Program-made: the position numbers and the translations under genes
Notes under the pieces: model-generated
The model's input: only the letters and a program-made list of their open reading frames with translations
Databases searched by the model: none
What the model was told of the DNA's origin: nothing
Shown here: in pieces, positions 1 through 9,952 of the stretch
How positions within the stretch are numbered: position 1 is the stretch's first letter
Layout: each line of letters starts with the position of its first letter
Origin: a virus
Virus record (IMG/VR): IMGVR_UViG_3300008120_000139
Location: 7,658-71,657 of that record
Reading direction: 5' to 3' (one strand)
Length of the DNA: 64,000 bases

Positions 1-3000
1 GAACGTTATTAATTTTTCGGAATACCGTTATTCTTCCATAACTATAATCGCCAGGTTCCTTTTTACCGGGTGATGAAATAACAACTATTGAAGAATTTTC
101 TGATGCATGAATTTTAAAACCAAAAAATTGATCACCATAGAAGTCAAGTGTGTTATAATCTTTCGATGAATAGTTATCAATTTTTTGATAAACTTTCCAT
201 TTATCATCTAAATCTCTATCTACCCAAATTTTGTCTCCTGATTGAAGATCAATTAAGTTTATTTTTGATGCTATGTTGTCAACAGTATCGACACGAGCAG
301 ATTCAAATTTAAATAAAATTCCTAATGATAACAATTCTTCGTTAAGAATAGTCGATAATGTTGATTCTACTGTAAATTGATTTAATTTAGAAACATTTTT
401 AACAACATAAACACCGTTAACTTGATTATTAAATCTTGCTACCGATACTACATCACCTGTGCTTAATCCGTGAGGCATGTCAGTTACAAATGTAATATCT
501 ATACCAGGTGAACTTACATATACTCCAGAAATTTTAGCAGATTGTTTAGAATATCTATAAACATCCCAACCGCCATTTTCTAAAAATCCTAACCATACTG
601 TATCTTTATTATTGATTAAAGAATTATTTGCAATATCCAATAAACTATTTTTATTATAAGCAGTTACCGACACATCATCTGATCTTACATAACCTGCTGT
701 CATTAATTCGAAATTAGTGTCGTCAAATGTCCCTTCGTATGCTTTAAAAGTATTACTAGGTGAATAATTATCGGGCGATATTAATAATGAATTTGATGTA
801 ATGTAATTTATTGAAGGATCATTGTTATTCGCTACATTGTCAACAAATTTTGTAATGTATGGATTTTCTAGCCCTATCCCTTCATCTAATGAAAATTCTA
901 TTTCATTGTATGACGAATATGAACCATAACTTCCAATTCTAAAAGCCCATTCTTCATTAATTTCTATAGATCCTTGACGGTTATAGAAATTTACTTTTGA
1001 CAGTTTGTCGATTGCTTTCTTAGTTCCTTTTTCTTTAATGAAACCTTGATAAAATTTATATTGAGCAATAGGATTAGAAAATATGTTATTCAAATATGTT
1101 CTAGGTGTATATCCTACTAAATGTTGTGCTAATTGTTGTTGCTCATAATCAAAATTATCAACATCTAAACTATAAAAATCTTCAAATTGACTAATTTTAT
1201 AATCAAAATTAGGAATTAGTTTTGAATATGGTTTACTATCTAATTTCGTCCATTGGTCGAAACTAAAATTATTTGAGCTTTCAATTTTTCCTATAGCCTG
1301 ATAATATAAACTCTTATATCTTACTATTTCACCGGGGTTATAAGTTTTAAAAGGGTGCCAATCTAATATGGAAACAGAGTTATAAACAAACCCTGGACTA
1401 ATAAAATCTCCGTTCCAATTTTTTGTTCTGAATCCAGAAAATTTCATTCTTTGTTGTTTATATCCAGTATCTATATCATATATAGTATCGTTGAATATTG
1501 TAGAATTATTGAAAACTAATCCATGCTCTTTTTGCACAGTTCTTAATAAAGCAAAGAATAATCCTTCATTGTCATCTAACGTAGCAATCGTACAGAAACC
1601 GTCTTCACGAGAAAAATTAAATTTATCGATCGGATATAATCTACCATCTGCTTGTAATAAACTGTAATCATAGTCGTTACTGATAATATTATCAACAACA
1701 GAATCTGTAGATTCAAATTTTAAATATTCAGAAAAAGGACTTAGAGTTATTAGATCATTATTTGACCAATTTTGAGTGGTCCAATATAAAAATTCTTTAG
1801 CTGAAAATTTCCAATTTATAACTTCATTTAAATCATTATTAAAAAAGTCAAAAACAAACCCTTGATTTTCAAGCCATGCACCGTAACCCATTATAACGTC
1901 AAAGACATCTTGAATAGAATCAAATTCTGTACCGTAAGGTATTAAAGTAACATCTCTAGAATAGCTTACTGGTAATTGTGCAGAAGCACCACCTTTAATA
2001 GGTAATGATGGCAGTTGTTGGAATAATATTGGATTAAATGTACTTTGTGCGGTATGACTTACTTTAACTCTATAGTACACATTATTATATCTAACAATTT
2101 GGCCTTGTTTATAATACCTTGTAGTAACTGAATTGGCTGTAGTTAGATCAATAGAACTTACATTTTTACTAGCGCTGTCAGTTGCTCCGCTCCATTCAGA
2201 AAACTCTTCCGAAACTCCGCCAACAACTAATGCACCTGAAGTTGCAGATTTATTAGGAGTTAATACATTAAAATAAGGTCTATATCTATCATATCCTCTA
2301 ATTGTAAATTTACCATCAGATTTTTGAACAATAATACCCGAAATACCGATCTGTTTAACTGGATTGCTTACGTTTAGTAATAAAGTATAATCTTCGGGCG
2401 GTAATATAACACCCGGACTTCTTGATACAGGATCTATAGAATCTATATTAATTTGTAATTTTTCTTTACTAGTAAATCCACCCAATTTATGAAATAAATT
2501 AAAATTAGCAAATTGTAAATCTTGTGTTAATATATCTAAATAATTTTGATATTTTTGTTTTCCATTTTCACAAACTAATACACTAAATCCGGCTGTTTGT
2601 AATTCGTTATCAATAACTAATTTTCTTATATCTAAAAACAAATTATCTGTGTTATATATAACTTGACCTAAAAGATTTAATTCTATTCTACTTGTATCAT
2701 ACATTAAAGAAAAGTAATCACAAGGTCTAGTCAATGCTGCGGCAATATTTAAGAAGTAAGGATAGAAACTACTTTTACGCCATGCTGTTTCAGCAGGAGA
2801 AAAATCTCCAAATTTCCATGACTGACTTTTATCGTAATAGGTATTGTCTGTTACTAAGAAATCTGTTAAATTTTTTAATTGTCCTGAATTGTCAACTGGA
2901 ATAATACTTAATAATCCCGGTCTTTGATATTGACTTAAAATATATGGGGCAACAGGATCTCTAACTAATCCATCTCTTAAATCTTCCCATAGTGCTGTAT

Positions 3001-6000
3001 TTGTAGCAGTGTAAGGAGCTGATCCGTATTCATCTACCCACCAGTCTGGTTCTATACTAAATCCTAACATTTCCCACGGACGTAAGTGCGGAGCTTCTGT
3101 GTCATAAAACTTTTTAAATACACTTTTCCATGTACCAGAAACTGGTTCACCAAACAGTTTGTCTATTGATCCAATAAAGTTCCATGTATATTGATTTGTT
3201 TCATCAAATGTAGAATTTTTAGAATAGTCTATATCAAATCTACCTGCCCAAGAAATAAAATCTTTTTCAAGAATTTTGTTTATATCATCTTCAAAATTAT
3301 TTGTTCTAAATGCACTTATCTCGGTTTCTTTAACATCAAAAATTCCAGAGTAAGATACTTTTATATTATTAAAAATACGTTTTTCAAATTCTAAAATAAT
3401 ATCATCTCTATAATCATTATATGCTTTAATTAAACTACCATCGTGCCCTCGAATCATATTCACAGGACCAGATACATAAGAAGTGTCTGAATATATTTCA
3501 GGGACAAACTTAGGATATAATCCTAGCTTTGTAGGGGTAGGCGGAACAAAACAACCTAATGTATCTTTATAATTAACAACTGAAATTATATCATTTTCAT
3601 TTAATGCTTTAGAAATAATAACAGTTTGATCAAGATTATTAAACGAATAATCTACTCCAACTGTTAACAATTCGTCATTTAAATAAATTAATACAGACTG
3701 AAAACTAAGTTTAGTTAATTCAAACTCTGTTCCTATAAAATATTCTGTTTCACTTGAATCAACAACAGTAATATTTCTAACAGTTTTATTAACTCCATAT
3801 CCGATCATATCAGATCTATAATAAGGAGAATTTATAGTTTTATCTTTATTAATCGATTTTAAAATTTCTTCTAATGCATCTGCAGGAGTTAATTGTTCTG
3901 TTACATCTACAGCAAATTTTAATAAATTCATTTTAAATTGATTATAATGATTTGCTATAGATCTTAATGCATCAATTACATTATGAGATTTTTTTCCTAA
4001 AAAGAAATCTACAAATGCAATAGGATTGTCATTTATAATTAAACGTGTACCATATTTTCCATAATCGCTAATATCTCTTAAATTACTATTTCCAGGAAAT
4101 GCTCCTGTGAAATTAGGAATTTTTTCAACCATTGTGCTTAAGTGATCAGTTAACTCGCTAAAAGTTAAATCAGCAATAGGTCCATTTAATGGATTATTTG
4201 TTAAACTTAATGCTGTCTGATAGTAACCATTTTCGTTAGGAATCTCATCAGTTGTTATTTTAATAGTAACAACATCATTTGGATTTAACGATACATTTTC
4301 AACAAATGATAATACATTACTACCTGTTGTAAATGTTACTTCTTTCTTAACATTGTTAACAAATACATTTGCAGATGAAAATACAGGATTATCAATAGAT
4401 TTTATCGTAACTGTTGTAGAAGTATCAGTGATTACTTGATTTTCAATTATAGGTAATTGAAATAGTTCTCCTGAATTACTCCACACATTTAACAATATAC
4501 TAGATCCGTCTTCGTAATTTAATCTAGCAAATGTAACACCAGTTGATATATTAGATCCAACACCATCTATACTTTTAGAAATAGTTTCTGTAGTAAAATA
4601 GTTTTTAAAAGAATAGCTACCTATACCTACACTATTTTCTTGTTTTATTTTAAATCCTAAAATAGGGTCTAATACTGTACCTGTTGCATAACCAAAAATT
4701 TTACTTCCATTAAAATTATTTTTTTCATCTAAGCCTGTAAAACTTGTACCGTCCTTATCAAATAAATCAAATAATGGGGCTTGATTTAGATATGTATGTT
4801 GTTGGGCTAATATCCATTCTCCCATAGTAGAATTGTAGTAGAAAGATTTTCCGGCACATGTATTTCCATAATTTATAGATAATGAATCTAAATTGTTCGG
4901 AGTAGAATCTGGGGCTGGTACTAGTGTAATTTTAGGAACATCACCGGAAGTATCTAATTCGACTTGATATATTTTACCTTTAACAGTTGAATCAAGGTCG
5001 GCATTAAAAATTACTCTATGCCCTGGTTCTAGCATAATGCCATCTACGTAATAGCCGTACGATCCATCAACTGTACTAAAAGCATTTTTAGTAGTAGTAT
5101 CAAACAAATCAATATTTTGTATACCTTTACGACCAAAATTATAAAGTTGTAAATTTGGTTTAAATTCTATAATAGGTCGAACTGCTTTTGATTTAAAATC
5201 AAGATTAACTGGTATATTGTTAATAATACAAGACTTTTCTATAACATCTTTATGGAACCAACGATTATATCTAGACCAAGAATTTAAATCAATGCTAGCT
5301 CTATTGATAGTTATGTATTCAGGAGTAAGAGGTATTTTTGAATCGCCGTCAAATGGATAATTATCAAAATTATCTTTATCAAAAGTTTCATTATATAAAA
5401 CAGATAAGTTTTGATTTCCTTCTAATAAACTAAAATCAATTAATTTAATAGAACTTCCTACACCTTCTACTATAAATTCTTTATTTGCATAAGATGAAGG
5501 AACAACATCATCTAAGAATTTAATCTTCATGCCGTTACTTAAATTGTAACCGTTCGGCATAAGGTATTCTGTATTTTCTAAAATTTCTGTTTCTACATCA
5601 AATGCAGCTTCAGTAATTAATATAGAAGGAGGGCCGAAAGGTAACCAATAGTAGCATGAAAAATTAACAAATTTATCCCAATCAATAAAAGGATCAAATG
5701 AATAATATCTCGATTGAAATAAATTATTTAGATTACTAGTATCTACTCCTTGATTTGTTAATTCATTTATTAAATCATCGTAGGCAACAATATCATTAAT
5801 TTCATTAACATTGTTTTTAAAGATTAATGCAGGTTCTAATGAATAATTTTTTCTTAGGGAAGACGTTGTCCTTAAATAAAAATCAGTATTAGGATTATAG
5901 TTCGGAGTTAATTTAGAACCTATATATCCGTCAATTCTTTCTAATTCAGGTGAATTAATTAAAGGATCAATAGTACTAGATAAAAATTTAGTATTTTTTG

Positions 6001-6052
6001 TAGTCCTTAAATTTTCAGGTAATAGATTAACTGATTTTTTATTGCCTGCCAT
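1..6052 (-). CDS. Very large virion/baseplate-associated structural protein (>2000 aa), truncated at the left window edge
   Basis: ATG at 6052, 2 nt past the TAA of the gp6-like gene, reads MAGNKKSVNLLPENLRTTKNTKFLSSTIDPLINSPELERIDGYIGSKL. Spot-checked frame is open, and its absence from the ORF track fits an ORF with no stop inside the window. Lies in the baseplate cluster. Confidence 0.8.
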   Translation of the reverse strand, partial: MAGNKKSVNLLPENLRTTKNTKFLSSTIDPLINSPELERIDGYIGSKLTPNYNPNTDFYLRTTSSLRKNYSLEPALIFKNNVNEINDIVAYDDLINELTNQGVDTSNLNNLFQSRYYSFDPFIDWDKFVNFSCYYWLPFGPPSILITEAAFDVETEILENTEYLMPNGYNLSNGMKIKFLDDVVPSSYANKEFIVEGVGSSIKLIDFSLLEGNQNLSVLYNETFDKDNFDNYPFDGDSKIPLTPEYITINRASIDLNSWSRYNRWFHKDVIEKSCIINNIPVNLDFKSKAVRPIIEFKPNLQLYNFGRKGIQNIDLFDTTTKNAFSTVDGSYGYYVDGIMLEPGHRVIFNADLDSTVKGKIYQVELDTSGDVPKITLVPAPDSTPNNLDSLSINYGNTCAGKSFYYNSTMGEWILAQQHTYLNQAPLFDLFDKDGTSFTGLDEKNNFNGSKIFGYATGTVLDPILGFKIKQENSVGIGSYSFKNYFTTETISKSIDGVGSNISTGVTFARLNYEDGSSILLNVWSNSGELFQLPIIENQVITDTSTTVTIKSIDNPVFSSANVFVNNVKKEVTFTTGSNVLSFVENVSLNPNDVVTIKITTDEIPNENGYYQTALSLTNNPLNGPIADLTFSELTDHLSTMVEKIPNFTGAFPGNSNLRDISDYGKYGTRLIINDNPIAFVDFFLGKKSHNVIDALRSIANHYNQFKMNLLKFAVDVTEQLTPADALEEILKSINKDKTINSPYYRSDMIGYGVNKTVRNITVVDSSETEYFIGTEFELTKLSFQSVLIYLNDELLTVGVDYSFNNLDQTVIISKALNENDIISVVNYKDTLGCFVPPTPTKLGLYPKFVPEIYSDTSYVSGPVNMIRGHDGSLIKAYNDYRDDIILEFEKRIFNNIKVSYSGIFDVKETEISAFRTNNFEDDINKILEKDFISWAGRFDIDYSKNSTFDETNQYTWNFIGSIDKLFGEPVSGTWKSVFKKFYDTEAPHLRPWEMLGFSIEPDWWVDEYGSAPYTATNTALWEDLRDGLVRDPVAPYILSQYQRPGLLSIIPVDNSGQLKNLTDFLVTDNTYYDKSQSWKFGDFSPAETAWRKSSFYPYFLNIAAALTRPCDYFSLMYDTSRIELNLLGQVIYNTDNLFLDIRKLVIDNELQTAGFSVLVCENGKQKYQNYLDILTQDLQFANFNLFHKLGGFTSKEKLQINIDSIDPVSRSPGVILPPEDYTLLLNVSNPVKQIGISGIIVQKSDGKFTIRGYDRYRPYFNVLTPNKSATSGALVVGGVSEEFSEWSGATDSASKNVSSIDLTTANSVTTRYYKQGQIVRYNNVYYRVKVSHTAQSTFNPILFQQLPSLPIKGGASAQLPVSYSRDVTLIPYGTEFDSIQDVFDVIMGYGAWLENQGFVFDFFNNDLNEVINWKFSAKEFLYWTTQNWSNNDLITLSPFSEYLKFESTDSVVDNIISNDYDYSLLQADGRLYPIDKFNFSREDGFCTIATLDDNEGLFFALLRTVQKEHGLVFNNSTIFNDTIYDIDTGYKQQRMKFSGFRTKNWNGDFISPGFVYNSVSILDWHPFKTYNPGEIVRYKSLYYQAIGKIESSNNFSFDQWTKLDSKPYSKLIPNFDYKISQFEDFYSLDVDNFDYEQQQLAQHLVGYTPRTYLNNIFSNPIAQYKFYQGFIKEKGTKKAIDKLSKVNFYNRQGSIEINEEWAFRIGSYGSYSSYNEIEFSLDEGIGLENPYITKFVDNVANNNDPSINYITSNSLLISPDNYSPSNTFKAYEGTFDDTNFELMTAGYVRSDDVSVTAYNKNSLLDIANNSLINNKDTVWLGFLENGGWDVYRYSKQSAKISGVYVSSPGIDITFVTDMPHGLSTGDVVSVARFNNQVNGVYVVKNVSKLNQFTVESTLSTILNEELLSLGILFKFESARVDTVDNIASKINLIDLQSGDKIWVDRDLDDKWKVYQKIDNYSSKDYNTLDFYGDQFFGFKIHASENSSIVVISSPGKKEPGDYSYGRITVFRKINNV

Positions 6053-6054
6053 TT

Positions 6055-9000
6055 TTATGTTCCGCTAGATGTAATAATAGTGCTTGTTGTTTTTAATTGT
6101 GTTGCTGTAATAGCATCAACAATTTCTATATCTTCTACTGTAGTTCCATTTATAAAAATTTCATCTGATTGACTTGCTATTTCATAGAAACTGCCGAATC
6201 CTGCATCAGATTTAGGAACAATAACAAAATTTGTTATGTCCGGTGTTAAGCTGTTCATAACATATGTTGCTAGTTCACTGAAGTAAAAACTTTGTCCAAA
6301 ATCCCAATTTTCTAATGCAAAAAATTCTTCGATAGCAACTAGTATTCGAGATCTTAAATTACTATCACTTGATACATTATTTGAATTTCTAACTGCTTTA
6401 AATGTTGCTCTTAAATTAGTATCTGCTTTGTTGCCAAATAAAACTTTATATTTTACAGGATGAAAAATAATTTCATCACTAATTGCTTTAATTTCATTTA
6501 GTTTTGATCCGTAGTTAATTTCTAAATTTTGACTAGTTGGTGCTACAGGTTTTGTATCTGTAGAATTAGATAGCCATGATCTAAATTCTAAATCATACGA
6601 CAAGGTTAACATATATACGTCAATTATGTTTGTTTTACTAGGATCGATACGTCTATCATAAGTTGCATTATGGATATAATGAAATTTTAAATCTGACCTT
6701 CCTGTTTTTCCAAAATACTGATCTGTATACACTAATGAACTAGTTAATGTTGACCAATATTTCACTACATTAATTGATGGATTATAAAAATAATAAAGAG
6801 AATTATCAACAATTAACGACTGGTTAGGATTACTAGTAAAAAATTCAACCTCTGAAGGATACGCAGTAATTTCATCAGATGTTAATTCATATCTAAGTCC
6901 GTCGGATAGTTTCTTAAAGTACAAAAATTTATCTCTATAACCGTTAGTAGATATAGTAAGAGGTTGAACAATATTATTAAATGAATCAGGATCATTAATT
7001 TGTCCTGAATTATTAAAATCATAAAAGCTTACATTAACTTTATTTGGTTGAATATACCCGTCAGTTTCAACAATTGCGCCATCAACTTGCCATGTATAAT
7101 CTAAACCAATTGATGTTGTTGACGTTGAATTATAGTTTATTGATAATACATCAATTTTATCTTTAACAATAGAATTTGAAGAAAAATCATAGTTAATAGA
7201 ATTTTTTTCTACATGGAAAGCTGTTTCAGCTTGACTTTCAAATACATAATTTAAAAGTCTATATCTAATTCTATATTTTTTTCCATCCCATACAAATGCA
7301 ATTAACCAGCTTGAATCTAACCCCGCATCTTCAGTGTTTCCTTGATCATATAAACTAAAGCTCGAAGTTAAATTTAAATTTGAATTTAAAATTATATCCC
7401 AAGCTCTAGAATTTTTATCTATAGTTAAACCAAAGTTTCTTTTTGCAAGACAAATATTTACAATTTCATTTTCTATCGAGAAAGGCAAAATAAAAACATA
7501 TTTAGGAATTATTTCAGTTGGTATTGTGCCAGTAGGAACTCGTATAGATAAAATAATTGGCCCTGTTCCGTCGCTTAATGTTCCTGCACCGTTATTTGAT
7601 CCGTCTTCAACTACCTGTGCAACATTTGCCCATACATACATTTTTCCGCCTGTAGGAATTCCTGATGTAGGAATTGATTTTAAATTATTCTTTGAATCAA
7701 GATATTTTCCATACGGTGCTTGAAATTTTACCAATGCTCCTGGTTTAAAATATTTTAAATTGTTACCTGTGTAATCACCTACAGATACAGGAGAATTTTG
7801 TGAAGTTAAATATCCTCTACTTTGTCCCGGAGTTTTATTAATTTCTGTCCAAGATAAATTTAGATCGGAAATACCTATCCTAGAAAATTTATCCATATAA
7901 AAAGATTTTAAAGAACTGCTAGCTATAATAGATGCAAGTTCATTTTTTATGATAGGCAAAATTTGATTTCTAGAATTAAATTCAAATTCTAAATATTGTT
8001 CTTTTTCATCTTGATATAGCATACCATCTGATGCAAAGATATTAGTACTACTATACTTGCCACTAACATCTGATATGTCAAAATAACGACTTAATCCACT
8101 TGAAATTCTGTTTATACTTTTAACTTTTACAACATCTGTACTAGCAGTTAGTGGCCCTATGTTGTAGTCTTCTCCAGTTATCATTCTATTTTGAATGTAA
8201 TAATTTTGAGGAGCCTTAAGTTGTATACTTGCATTTGATTCTGGACCAGAACTATTTCTTACAGAATATTGTAAACTTAAAGTAATTTGTAATGAATGTT
8301 CTTGTCCTAGTGCATTTATATAAGGAATTGTAATCAATACACCACTCATGTTTTCAGGTTTGATTACATATGTTTGTGCATTGCTTTGTCTATAAAATAA
8401 TCTAAATTCACCTTTAGGAAGATCGCCAAATACACCGTCAGTGAAATTTAAATCAATTTGATCTTCATCTCTTGTTGATACTGCAAAGATTGTTCTTATG
8501 CCTTTATTAACACTATTATAGATTATATTATTATCATTATAAGCTATAGATTGAACTAATGTCCATAGGGTAGAAAAATTACCATCCTTATCTAATTGCC
8601 ATAACCAAATATCACTATTATTAATGTTAGGGGCGTTAATTCCAATAATTTCATTTGGTACAGGATTTTCAATATTAAATTGAGAAACTGCTAATGTACC
8701 TTGCCTAAAATGAATAAAAAATCCCGAGTTAGCACTAGCTGATCCTTGATTATCGTTTCTATAAAGGAAAGAAAAAGGTGCAGCTGGTTTAGGAGTAGTT
8801 TCGTAAATAGAATCTTTACCTGTAATGGAACAGGGAACAATTTCAAAGGGCATCGAAACGCCATTGATAGATTTTGTAAATGAATAAATTGGAGTATCTA
8901 CATTCGAGCTGTTAATAGCATATTGTTCAGTTAACACACCGTCAATTGTATTTCTATCTACAGGAGTACCGAAATTGCTCGACATTGACGAATTTAAAAT

Positions 9001-9471
9001 ATTAATAAATTGTTGATACCAATCAGGATTTGTAAAATCATTCCATGCTATAGTTGTATTTGCTAAGTTTGTCCCGTTAGAATCAAACACAGAATCAGTT
9101 GTTGATATTGCTGTAATTTTTAATAATCCGTTTGAAGGGACATTTCTTGTAGGAGTATAACTAACTAATTGAGCTAATCGTAAGATACTATCGCGTCGTT
9201 GTGCAGTTTCTAAAAAGTTTTCTCTTGCGTTTAAATCAATTCTAAAACTTAAATTTTGCCCAAGATAAGCAATTATATCTATTAGAGCAATGTATTCGCT
9301 TGAATCAATAAAATCATTAAAATCTTCAGGATAATTTTCCTGAAGATACTGAATCATAGTGCGTCTAATTGTATCAAAATCGTAGCTTTTAAAATCGGCA
9401 TTTTTAAAAGATTGATAGACTTTTTTCCAATCTTCGCCTACAATTATTTTGTTGTTTGTTGCTGGTATCAT
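6055..9471 (-). CDS. gp6: Baseplate wedge subunit, T4 gp6-like
   Basis: N-terminal YDFDTIRRTMIQYLQENYPEDFNDF...ENFLETAQRRDSILRLAQLVSY and internal RMITGEDY match gp6/baseplate-J patterns; adjacent to gp25-like gene. Confidence 0.8.
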   Translation of the reverse strand: MIPATNNKIIVGEDWKKVYQSFKNADFKSYDFDTIRRTMIQYLQENYPEDFNDFIDSSEYIALIDIIAYLGQNLSFRIDLNARENFLETAQRRDSILRLAQLVSYTPTRNVPSNGLLKITAISTTDSVFDSNGTNLANTTIAWNDFTNPDWYQQFINILNSSMSSNFGTPVDRNTIDGVLTEQYAINSSNVDTPIYSFTKSINGVSMPFEIVPCSITGKDSIYETTPKPAAPFSFLYRNDNQGSASANSGFFIHFRQGTLAVSQFNIENPVPNEIIGINAPNINNSDIWLWQLDKDGNFSTLWTLVQSIAYNDNNIIYNSVNKGIRTIFAVSTRDEDQIDLNFTDGVFGDLPKGEFRLFYRQSNAQTYVIKPENMSGVLITIPYINALGQEHSLQITLSLQYSVRNSSGPESNASIQLKAPQNYYIQNRMITGEDYNIGPLTASTDVVKVKSINRISSGLSRYFDISDVSGKYSSTNIFASDGMLYQDEKEQYLEFEFNSRNQILPIIKNELASIIASSSLKSFYMDKFSRIGISDLNLSWTEINKTPGQSRGYLTSQNSPVSVGDYTGNNLKYFKPGALVKFQAPYGKYLDSKNNLKSIPTSGIPTGGKMYVWANVAQVVEDGSNNGAGTLSDGTGPIILSIRVPTGTIPTEIIPKYVFILPFSIENEIVNICLAKRNFGLTIDKNSRAWDIILNSNLNLTSSFSLYDQGNTEDAGLDSSWLIAFVWDGKKYRIRYRLLNYVFESQAETAFHVEKNSINYDFSSNSIVKDKIDVLSINYNSTSTTSIGLDYTWQVDGAIVETDGYIQPNKVNVSFYDFNNSGQINDPDSFNNIVQPLTISTNGYRDKFLYFKKLSDGLRYELTSDEITAYPSEVEFFTSNPNQSLIVDNSLYYFYNPSINVVKYWSTLTSSLVYTDQYFGKTGRSDLKFHYIHNATYDRRIDPSKTNIIDVYMLTLSYDLEFRSWLSNSTDTKPVAPTSQNLEINYGSKLNEIKAISDEIIFHPVKYKVLFGNKADTNLRATFKAVRNSNNVSSDSNLRSRILVAIEEFFALENWDFGQSFYFSELATYVMNSLTPDITNFVIVPKSDAGFGSFYEIASQSDEIFINGTTVEDIEIVDAITATQLKTTSTIITSSGT

Positions 9472-9504
9472 AATGATATTTATTGAAAAAATTATCTTGG
9501 TATT

Positions 9505-9942
9505 TTATAGAGGTTGTATACCTATTTTTTGATCAAAAGCAATTTTTAAAACTTTTGTTTCGTTTGTATCTTTTAACATTAAAACTAGTTCTATTAAATA
9601 TCCTTGATCGTATTCATTAACGTTAATTTCTAATGGATATACTCTAGGATCAGAATTACAAATTCTTGTAATATCTTGAACTATTAATTGACGATTTTCT
9701 GTAGTCAATGGTTCCATTAATATTTCTTGAATAATAGAACCAAACTCCGGATTCATTACTCTACTACCTCTACGGGTGTTGAAATGATTTAAAATATCTT
9801 GTTTAATTAAATCATAGTCATACAACTTTGAACTTTTATTACTAGGATCTATAGTACTAAATCCTTTATAAATTTGTTGTGTTTTATATGTAAAATCTTC
9901 GGTGTATTTTACAGGATTAATTTCAATGTTCTTGTAAGGCAT
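9505..9942 (-). CDS. gp25: Baseplate wedge/sheath initiator, gp25-like (GPW/gp25 family)
   Basis: LIKQDILNHFNTRRGSRVMNPEFGSII...DPRV is the gp25 family pattern; 145 aa. Confidence 0.85.
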   Translation of the reverse strand: MPYKNIEINPVKYTEDFTYKTQQIYKGFSTIDPSNKSSKLYDYDLIKQDILNHFNTRRGSRVMNPEFGSIIQEILMEPLTTENRQLIVQDITRICNSDPRVYPLEINVNEYDQGYLIELVLMLKDTNETKVLKIAFDQKIGIQPL

Positions 9943-9952
9943 AATTTATTTA